Part shown: one piece after another, positions 1 to 5,791 of the stretch
Numbering within the stretch: the first letter of the stretch is position 1
How the letters are laid out: the number at the start of each line of letters is the position of its first letter
Assembly: GCA_905330805.1 (NCBI GenBank)
Contig: CAJNWK010000300.1
Coordinates: forward strand, 46,020 to 51,810
Source: Rotaria sp.
Lineage: Eukaryota
DNA length: 5,791 nucleotides
Direction: 5' to 3'
The notes under the pieces: model-generated
What the model saw: the letters and a program-made list of their open reading frames with translations, nothing else
Database searches by the model: none
Told to the model about the DNA's origin: nothing
Translations under genes and position numbers: made by a program

Positions 1-899
1 AGTAAATCAAGGTGCAGAGTTCAAACTTGAGCTTAGTTCGGTCCCATATCCTATTGGTTTGGCAACGCGGAATATAAATCAAGATTTTAAATGGTAGATT
101 TGACAGTATAATTTTGATATTGAGATAATCTAGGATGATTGATTTGTATGATTCACTTTTTGAAGTACACATAACTCTCGGATTTAAATCCGAAGTTTCC
201 GCATTTATTTTAGTCATTTAATAGAATAAATTAACCTAGATATTTATTCATGTTGATTTATTTTTATAACGATAGAGTTCAAAATTCAAATATGAGAATT
301 AATTCTTCAGATAACTATTGATATTCCCTTTTTTCTTTTTTTCTCATTTAATGAAATTCTTAAATTAAAATAAGAAAATTTAATATGAGATATGTTTTAT
401 AATCTGATCATAGAGAAAACTAATTATATATTTATTTTTTCATTTCAATTCTATAAAAATTTATTTATTTATTGAATGTAAATTCTTTTTTGAAAGTTGA
501 ACATTGAATATCAATGAAATATAGTTGTAACAATTAATTAAATAACACGCTTTCTATTGATAATAAAATCTATCAATAGAAGAAAACATAGTAAAGAGCA
601 AAAAAAGAAGTGAGATAATATGAATATCAACACCCAAACGAAAAATAATGACACAATCAAATATATTATTAAGGCTTCTTTCTCAATAATTATATTTTAA
701 TAATTTTCTTGAAAAATATTTTGTGCTTTTTTTATTATTATTATAACAGATCGATGAATCAATATGAATATAATCGTGTTCCAATTGTTCTAAGACGAAT
801 TAATCCTCAATGATCATCAAAATTAATATTATATAAATAAATTATTATTTCTATTAGATAAGACCATATGATGATAGATAACATTATGGAAATAATTAT

Positions 900-994
900 A
901 TGTCAGATATTCAATCAAATATATTAACTAAATCATTAGATATTCAACCACAATCATCAACAAAACAAATTAAATTAAACAATAATAAAAATCA
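900..994 (+). CDS. Tentative exon 1 (start codon and cytoplasmic tail) of the NHL-repeat gene
   Basis: ATG at 900 opens MSDIQSNILTKSLDIQPQSSTKQIKLNNNKNQ. The TM exon has no in-frame ATG before the helix and is closed upstream by TAA at 1154-1156, so an upstream exon is needed. CA|GTATGG at 995 is the only reasonable donor in the phase (2) that fits the AG at 1190-1191. The better-looking TCA|GTAAAA at 1074 is phase 0 and does not fit. The rest of the 900-1130 ORF reads like intron read-through (NFLFSVKISFFHFYIEIIFIINH). Confidence 0.3.
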
Positions 995-1191
995 GTATGG
1001 ACAACCTTGGTCAATTTCAGAATTATCAATAAATTATGTTGAATTATCATCAAATAGAAATTTTCTATTTTCAGTAAAAATTTCTTTTTTTCATTTTTAT
1101 ATAGAAATAATCTTTATTATCAACCATTGAATATTGATGATAAACAAGATCAATAATATATTTTTCCTAATAACTTTTCATTTATTCAAAG

Positions 1192-1355
1192 CAATTCTGA
1201 ACTAAACTCAAAACTAAATTATAATTATAATTGTAACAAACGTTTTAACACACTGTTTATTATTTTTAGTATATTTATTTTTGTATTTGCTATAGCAGCA
1301 ATGGCTATTTCAATTTATTTACTTATTCGTCTTATGGAAACAACAAGCACAACAA
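1192..1355 (+). CDS. Exon 2: transmembrane helix exon of the NHL-repeat gene
   Basis: It follows the acceptor tttattcaaAG at 1190-1191. Translation in the frame with codon starts = 2 mod 3 is NSELNSKLNYNYNCNKRFNTLFIIFSIFIFVFAIAAMAISIYLLIRLMETTSTT. The roughly 25-residue hydrophobic segment is preceded by basic KR. The exon ends ACAACAA|GTAAAA (GT at 1356-1357, phase 1). The leftover A plus CT at 1535-1536 makes a Thr codon that continues the stalk. Confidence 0.6.
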
Positions 1356-1534
1356 GTAAAAAGCGTATTATATCTGATTATTATCCTATCTTTTTCATAT
1401 TATATAGACAAAAACAGAACTTCTTTTATTTATTGTAAACATTTCATCTCTTTTCTTGTGTTTTATAAATTTAAAAAAAAACCATAAATCATAATTGATT
1501 TTTTATCATTATAAAATATAATTATTTTAAATAG

Positions 1535-1889
1535 CTACTAGTACTCAACTTCGTTGGAATTTAACAGGCTTGACAATTGTTGGCATAAGAGGTTCATCAG
1601 GTTCAGCTTCAAATCAATTATATACTCCTTATCATTTAACATTAAATTTAAATTATTTCGCTTTATGTTGCTGATTCCGATAATCATCGAGTTCAAAAAT
1701 ATTTAAAAAATTCATCAGCTGGAACAACAGTAGCTGGTAAAAATGCAACAGCAACTACTGCTTTAGATAATTTATATTATTCAACTGGAATTATTGTTGA
1801 TTCACGTATGAATTTCTATATAGCAGATACAAACAATAATTGAGTTATGTTTTGGTCGAATGGTGCATCATCAGGAACACAAATAGCTG
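1535..1889 (+). CDS. Exon 3: NHL blades 1-2, carrying one frameshift and one in-frame TGA
   Basis: The acceptor is ttttaaatAG at 1533-1534. The first frame reads TSTQLRWNLTGLTIVGIRGSSGSASNQLYTPYHLTLNLN. The homology then continues one frame over as (S)LYVADSDNHRVQKYLKNSSAGTTVAGKNATATTALDNLYYSTGIIVDSRMNFYIADTNNN*VMFWSNGASSGTQIA. The first frame hits TGA at 1672-1674 and the second frame is closed before 1652, so the shift lies at 1652-1660. A weak donor G|GTTCAA at 1890 (phase 1) joins in frame to exon 4. Confidence 0.65.
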
Positions 1890-1909
1890 GTTCAAATAAG
1901 AGACTATTA

Positions 1910-2016
1910 TCCATTTCAAATTAAAAGAAGGATAAGTATTTGTGGAATAATTTTCGATAGGAACTCGATATAGATCTGCAGTTTTCACCGTTCAAAAGAG
2001 AAAATGAAACTGCATC
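1910..2016. repeat. Left terminal inverted repeat of the MITE
   Basis: The arm runs tccatttcaaattaaaagaagg...gaaaatgaaactgcatc. It pairs with 2277-2383 with 9 mismatches in 107 positions (5 transitions, 4 transversions). Confidence 0.9.
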
Positions 2017-2276
2017 AACCCCTGAATACCAAAGTTTTCTCAGGACTACTCGCCAAGTTTCTAAAACAGAAAACATTGTGTAATGTAAATGTTTTGGAAT
2101 TTTGTTTTTCAACATTGCAACAGAATTATTAACTAAAGTTCAATAATCTATATAAGTTCGGCGTTAAAAAGGTTTAGCCAATCAACAGTTATTCATGTTT
2201 TACTAAACGTTTTCGGCAGATTTTTAACAAAAAATTGACATTTTTCTAATTTTTTGATGAAAAATTCACTTTCTTC

Positions 2277-2383
2277 GATGCAGTTTCATTTTCTCCTTTT
2301 AACGGTGAAAACCACATATCTATATCGAGTTCCTATCGAAAATTATTCCTAAAATACTCACCCTTCTTTTAATTTGAAATGGA
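2277..2383. repeat. Right terminal inverted repeat of the MITE
   Basis: The arm runs gatgcagtttcattttc...ccttcttttaatttgaaatgga. It is the reverse complement of 1910-2016 at 98/107 identity. Confidence 0.9.
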
Positions 2384-2519
2384 TATTAATTAGTAAATTT
2401 TTAAAAAAAGAAAACAATATCGAATTAATTGTTTTGTTTAATTTCTAAAATAATTTTTTTCAAATATAGATCAACTCAATTAATTTGAAAAAAAGATTAT
2501 TTTTATTTTATTTATTCAG

Positions 2520-3092
2520 CTTCAGCAAGTTCATCAAACAATGAATTAGATAATCCATATGGTATTACACGTAATTCAAATACAGACACACTTTATATAG
2601 CTGATACGAACAATAATCGTATTATGGGTTATGGATCAAATGTTTCATCTGGTTATATTGTTACAGGAGGAAATGGTAAAGGTACAGTTATTTGGCCCAA
2701 GAGGAATTTATTTTGATTCATCATCTAACAGTTTAATTATTGCTAATTATGATGCTCATAATATTGTTCGTTGGAGTTTAGATGATAGTTATTGGACATT
2801 AATTGCTGGTATAACTGGTTTACTTGGTAATTCATCAAAATAACTTAATAGTCCTGTAGGTGTAACAGTTGATAACATGGGTAATGTTTATGTTGCCAAT
2901 ACATTAAATCATCGTATACAACTATTCTTAGCTGGTCAATTAAATGGAACAACTATTGCTGGTGTTACAAGTGTAAGTGGAAATAGTGCTATTTTACTTA
3001 GTACTCCTTTTTTGGTTGCACTTGATACTCAACGAAATTTATACGTCGCAGACATGGTTAATAGTAGAATACAAAAATTCATAAAATACTAA
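2520..3092 (+). CDS. Exon 4: NHL blades 3-6, carrying one frameshift and one in-frame TAA, with terminal stop at 3090-3092
   Basis: The acceptor is ttatttattcAG at 2518-2519. The first frame reads (A)SASSSNNELDNPYGITRNSNTDTLYIADTNNNRIMGYGSNVSSGYIVTGGNGKG. One extra base at about 2684 then shifts the homology to QLFGPRGIYFDSSSNSLIIANYDAHNIVRWSLDDSYWTLIAGITGLLGNSSK*LNSPVGVTVDNMGNVYVANTLNHRIQLFLAGQLNGTTIAGVTSVSGNSAILLSTPFLVALDTQRNLYVADMVNSRIQKFIKY*. The two track ORFs 2631-2843 and 2877-3092 are in the same frame, separated only by the TAA at 2841-2843. Confidence 0.75.
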
Positions 3093-3260
3093 TTAATCTT
3101 TGCTATTTAAATTTCGCTGTTCTTATATCTTGAAAATATTTATAAATTAAAATGAATTTGAAGAGAATTATTCTTCTCATTTATATTTTCTTTTTAGTAT
3201 TATTTGTATCAATTTAAATTTTAGAAAATATAAGTCTTTTTTTTTGTGTCTCAACATATA

Positions 3261-3436
3261 TTATGAATTGTTAGTATCAATTTGACTTTCAATGAATTCT
3301 GTAAAAGCATTATAAACTTCGGCTTTTGATTTGCTTCGATCATAATTGAATGTCCCATTTGTTGGTTTGCCATTTATTTTTACCAAACAAAAGCTTGGCA
3401 TGTAATATGAAGCACGATATGTACATGTATTATCAC
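3261..3436 (-). CDS. Exon 2 of the small hypothetical protein gene, with stop at 3263-3261
   Basis: The acceptor is atatataatAG| (AG = plus 3438-3437), following a 56-nt intron at 3437-3492. The junction codon g+gt encodes Gly. Translation continues DNTCTYRASYYMPSFCLVKINGKPTNGTFNYDRSKSKAEVYNAFTEFIESQIDTNNS*. This matches the distal 57 aa of the track ORF 3261-3467. The first 11 codons of that ORF (MFNNIYIYIIG) are intron read-through. Confidence 0.55.
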
Positions 3437-3440
3437 CTAT

Positions 3441-3457
3441 TATATATATATATATAT
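3441..3457. repeat. (TA)8 microsatellite inside the 56-nt intron
   Basis: tatatatatatatatat read directly at 3441-3457. Confidence 0.9.
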
Positions 3458-3492
3458 TATTGAACATTTATCATATTATTGAAAACTTATAC

Positions 3493-3634
3493 CTTTTTGT
3501 AAAGTGAGTCCAATATTATTGCCACATCCCCAAAAATTATCTTTTGATTCAACATGAGACCAACCATTCCATACTTCATCACTGTTACCACCAAAATTCC
3601 AATTATGATCAGCTGATTGTATAAATATTTGCAT
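3493..3634 (-). CDS. Exon 1 of a small hypothetical protein gene (105 aa in total), convergent with the NHL-repeat gene
   Basis: The minus-strand ATG is at 3634-3632 in the context aagaataATGc. An in-frame stop lies upstream at 3673-3671. Translation is MQIFIQSADHNWNFGGNSDEVWNGWSHVESKDNFWGCGNNIGLTLQK. The exon ends AAAAG|GTATAAG (GT = plus 3492-3491, phase 1). Its Trp/Gly/Asn-rich composition is unlike random AT-rich ORFs. Confidence 0.5.
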
Positions 3635-5123
3635 TATTCTTAGTACAGATATGTTTCTTGTTCGAGAAGGCTATTGTTAAGTAGAGTTTTAATGTCTCTC
3701 AAATATATATGTTAGAAAAGTGGCAAATGACTCATCGATGCAATCTACGCGTCATTTTTCTTGTGAGTATTGCACAACAACGACGAAGTAAAAAAAGAAT
3801 GAATCAAACAATAAGTTACCAAGTATAAAAAGAAAAAGAATATAACGTAAGATGAATAATTAGAATAATTCACAAAAAAAAAACTTATTGAATGAGAATA
3901 TTGGAATAATATTTGGTCTCATAATACTAATTTATAGCGAAAGATAAGATAAAAAAGAGCATATTGGAAAGAAGAGAATAATTATTACAATGATAACCTA
4001 TTAATTTCTGAAGAATTAATACTATATTTAAAAAAACTCTATTCTGTTTTGATCATCTGAAGCTATTTTGTTTGTTAATTGTATTTGTGTTCTGCTTGCA
4101 TACCAATCTTGTTTGACTCGAAACGTTATTGTTTATGATTCATATTAGGTTTGCTCATAGTTTTATATGCTTTCTATTTGTGTCAGAGAGAAAGTCGATT
4201 GATGTTTGTTTTGAACTGAACGGAGCCAACCGAATTTGGGTGATGTGATGTCGATGTGTAGGGCTGCTCTTATTACACTCACACCAACTCCCAACCAGAT
4301 CCATATTCTCGTTAGTTAAGAGAATACTATATTGTGTAAAATCATCTTCTACAGTGAGTATGGACGTGAATGAATAGAGCGAAGTCATAGGTGTAGGGCT
4401 TTGTATAGTTGTGCTTAGAGATGGTCGATTCGTTCTTTCTGTTCATTCTGATCTTCACATCCCAACCGAGGTTCTCAAAATTTTTGGTACTTTTAGACGA
4501 ATGCTCCATATTTCGTATTCTGAGTACAATAATGTGTGAAAGTAGACAAGGTGTACGATGTATACTTGAGTGCATGTTGGTAATATATAGTGTAGGAATG
4601 TGCCTTCTTGTAATACACATTTAAATCTTACATTTACACACTGAAGCTCAAGATAGTTCATCGTTTTTAATTTTCAAGAGCGTAAACCTTGATTCAGACT
4701 TATTCATCTAATATAAGATAGATTTCAAGCTCATTGGTTGATATTTTAACTTCTTTTGTATGGAGAACAGTTAAGCGAGCTTTATTCATTTTCTCTTCCT
4801 ATGCATTGAAATTTTTACGAATAGTATTACATCAAGTGTAGAGGAAGAGAAAGAATCGAGAACTTGGAAAATTCCAACCAATTGACTTTCAAATATAATT
4901 CAATGTACTTCATCAAATTGTAACTTTATTTAAAAATGGATACATATTGATGGTGAAGAAAATTTCATCCCTCAACTACATTGTCGACCTTCTAATTAGT
5001 TTGATGCATATTCCTAAGTAAAAAGTTACGGATAAAAATAATGATTTACCATCTGTACTATTTTATTAATTAATACCAGTTTATAACAGTGATATCATAT
5101 GCAATTGATTCAAACTTAATATA

Positions 5124-5148
5124 TTCCCCTGGCCAAAAATAATTTCAC
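5124..5148 (+). other. Tc1-like transposase-binding-site-like sequence, either a degenerate terminus or a relic
   Basis: TTCCCCTGGCCAAAAATAATTTCAC compares with the Tc1 terminus CAGTGCTGGCCAAAAAGATATCCAC as I recall it, at 16/25 identity. The match includes the 11-mer CTGGCCAAAAA. It is preceded by TA at 5122-5123 but lacks the canonical CAGT tip. Confidence 0.2.
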
Positions 5149-5580
5149 ACAGTATTTTCAATAAATCATTATTATAAATTAACATTTTTGGAAAAATAAA
5201 AATATATTCGGATAGCCCAAAGAATTCTCTACAAATCTATACATGTAAGTTTTGAATTTCACTTGTTGACTAAAAATAAATTCAAGCACAACAAAAGTAC
5301 CCTCATCGTCAGATTCCCTGGAAATGCATTTTTGTTTCTTCATCCATTTTTTCAAAAGTATTTTTAATTTTAGAACAATTTATTACAAAGGCAAGTATAT
5401 ATTTTGAAAGCGCATGAAATTCTCTATCAACCTGTATATTTTTGTTTTATCTTGCGTTTCTTTGCTGTAGTGAATAAATGCAAGAAAATATATAAATATA
5501 GAGGATTTAATTTGCTTTGAGAATATATACGTACTTTCGCAATAACTTATGACAAATTTAGTTTTATGGGCATTTGTAAA

Positions 5581-5791
5581 TACAGGGGTTCCCAAAATTA
5601 TAGGACCCCCCCTACAAGTCTGAGAATAATAAAGTTTTCACCAACTGAAGAAGCTTTGATAAGGGATCTAGTGTCATATATATAGACACCACTAAAGCAC
5701 CTATCATGTGCTATATTGATCTGTATTTGGTTAAATATTTATAATATTTAGATTCAAGAAATTTTGAATTTCACTGCTTGCATAATTATAG
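5581..5791 (+). mobile_element. Left end of a Tc1/mariner-superfamily element (Tc3-like terminus), truncated by the window edge
   Basis: 5581-5612 reads TA|CAGGGGTTCCCAAAATTATAGGACCCCCCC. As I recall it, the C. elegans Tc3 terminus is TA|CAGTGTGGGAAAGTTCTATAGGACCCCCCC. The window shares the TA target, the CAG start and a TATAGGACCCCCCC box at the same distance from the tip, about 19/30 overall. The interior would lie to the right. No transposase ORF appears in the remaining 180 nt, which is consistent with long TIRs but does not prove them. Confidence 0.4.

Larger units (their letters stand above)
1910..2383. mobile_element. Non-autonomous DNA transposon (MITE-like, 474 bp) with long terminal inverted repeats and TA flanks, inside intron 3 of the NHL-repeat gene
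   Basis: Hand alignment of 1910-2016 with the reverse complement of 2277-2383 gives 98/107 identities and no gaps. The element is flanked by TA at 1908-1909 and TA at 2384-2385. The central region of about 260 bp (2017-2276) is AT-rich with no credible ORF. Removing the element plus one TA shrinks the 630-nt intron to 154 nt, similar to the other inferred introns (197 and 179 nt). Confidence 0.85.
900..3092 (+). pseudogene. Disrupted gene for a single-pass membrane protein with a six-blade NHL-repeat beta-propeller ectodomain. Four exons inferred: 900-994, 1192-1355, 1535-1889 and 2520-3092.
   Basis: The conceptual translation across the inferred splice sites gives an N-terminal tail, a hydrophobic helix (LFIIFSIFIFVFAIAAMAISIYLLI), a TTSTTTTST stalk and six NHL-type blades. 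Each blade ends in the family signature: LYVADSDNHRVQKY, FYIADTNNN*VMFW, LYIADTNNNRIMGY, LIIANYDAHNIVRW, VYVANTLNHRIQLF and LYVADMVNSRIQKF. Several N-x-S/T sites (NLT, NSS, NAT, NGT) fit an extracellular domain. The frame is broken by +1 frameshifts at about 1652-1660 and about 2684. It also carries in-frame TGA at 1841-1843 and TAA at 2841-2843. The terminal TAA is at 3090-3092. Confidence 0.7.

Noticed and set aside
178-193. Perfect 16-bp palindrome tcggatttaaatccga
   Set aside because: It is real in the sequence, but at this AT content a palindrome of this size is expected by chance roughly once per few windows. No partner motifs or gene context suggest a binding site.
552-581. Perfect 11-bp inverted repeat ttctattgata / tatcaatagaa with an 8-nt loop
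   Set aside because: Its significance in AT-rich spacer is marginal. It is not adjacent to any 3' end where a hairpin would make sense.
832-839. TATAAATA about 60 nt upstream of the ATG at 900, as a possible TATA box
   Set aside because: TATA-like strings are ubiquitous in this composition. Without a mapped transcription start the call would be unsupported.
995-1130. Distal part of track ORF 900-1130 (...NRNFLFSVKISFFHFYIEIIFIINH)
   Set aside because: The Phe/Ile-rich tail is typical of translated AT-rich intron. It is incompatible in phase with the downstream TM exon unless it is spliced out.
1921-2115. Track ORF of 64 aa on the minus strand
   Set aside because: It lies wholly inside the MITE and begins within its left TIR. 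The peptide has no motif. Transposon-internal AT-poor sequence is expected to give such an ORF.
1841-2843. Alternative genetic code (ciliate-type TAA=Gln, TGA sense) or Euplotes-like +1 frameshifting at AAA-TAA as an explanation for the in-frame stops and shifts
   Set aside because: Gln is otherwise encoded by CAA/CAG throughout, with only one internal TAA. The gene ends at an ordinary TAA. After the AAA-TAA at 2838-2843 the homology stays in the same frame, and a +1 shift there runs into TAG almost immediately. The two real frameshifts map to positions without a stop codon in the old frame. Pseudogenisation or assembly error is the simpler explanation.
4266-4290. Similarity to the bdelloid rotifer spliced leader (recalled as GGCUUAUUACAACUUACCAAGAG): a 9-mer CTTATTACA at 4269-4277 followed by CTCACACCAAC. 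There is also an Sm-site-like AAAATTTTTGG at 4477-4487 just after GAG|GTTCTC.
   Set aside because: The SL-like stretch is not followed by a GT donor. The match is only about 17/23 with gaps. The Sm-like site is about 200 nt away and belongs to a different, poorly matching candidate exon. The host taxon is unproven and the SL sequence is from memory. It is worth only a quick BLAST.
4155-4661. Five mutually overlapping track ORFs (4155-4388 -, 4342-4620 -, 4409-4624 +, 4455-4661 -)
   Set aside because: They overlap in different frames on both strands, so at most one could be real. None has a recognisable domain, plausible composition or splice-compatible neighbours.
4733-4882. Nested inverted repeats: attggttg at 4733-4740 with caaccaat at 4875-4882, and tttctcttcct at 4790-4800 with aggaagagaaa at 4842-4852. 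Together they hint at a second foldback element.
   Set aside because: The arms between the two matches do not align without a gap of about 26 nt and many mismatches. Short stems of this size are near chance expectation.
5383-5595. Track ORF of 70 aa on the minus strand
   Set aside because: The peptide is low-complexity and Ile/Phe/Lys-rich. Its start overlaps the Tc3-like terminus. There is no motif and no splice context.
5250-5775. Direct 14-mer repeat ttttgaatttcact (5250-5263 and 5762-5775) and loosely similar gaattctcta...tgtata strings, suggesting tandem copies of an element end
   Set aside because: The flanks do not align collinearly. A rough estimate for this base composition gives on the order of 0.5 chance 14-mer repeats in 5.8 kb.
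1-5791. Prokaryotic-style content: operons, defence systems, CRISPR arrays, rRNA/tRNA genes, Shine-Dalgarno-led ORFs
   Set aside because: There are no regularly spaced direct repeats and no long uninterrupted ORFs. The only convincing coding regions are split by GT-AG introns. I found no T-loop or anticodon-arm structures. The window is best read as eukaryotic, so no prokaryote-type system can be supported.

Overview
The window looks eukaryotic, not prokaryotic. It is very AT-rich: hand counts give 13/60 G+C at 301-360 and 53/120 at 4201-4320. The coding segments are joined by GT-AG introns. There is no operon-like ORF packing, no CRISPR array, no rRNA and no convincing tRNA. (1) On the + strand at about 900-3092 lies a four-exon gene for a single-pass membrane protein with a Ser/Thr-rich stalk and a six-blade NHL-repeat beta-propeller. 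It appears to be a pseudogene, with two +1 frameshifts and two in-frame stops. Both stops are single C->T changes at conserved Arg and Gln positions of the repeat. (2) A 474-bp MITE-like element sits inside the third intron of that gene. It has 107-bp terminal inverted repeats (98/107 identical, no indels) and TA/TA flanks. (3) On the - strand at 3261-3634 is a convergent two-exon ORF of 105 aa with a 56-nt intron and no family I recognise. (4) A G+C-richer island (core about 4190-4640) carries overlapping ORFs on both strands, none convincing as coding. (5) Near the 3' edge are two Tc1/mariner-type terminus-like sequences in the same orientation. The one at 5581-5612 closely resembles the C. 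elegans Tc3 terminus as I recall it, and that element would run off the window. I see no evidence for a novel multi-gene system. The items most worth follow-up are the transposon-related ones and the gene decay. The host taxon cannot be fixed from the sequence. An AT-rich invertebrate such as a bdelloid rotifer, which has large NHL-repeat families, or an AT-rich fungus would fit, but this is inference only.
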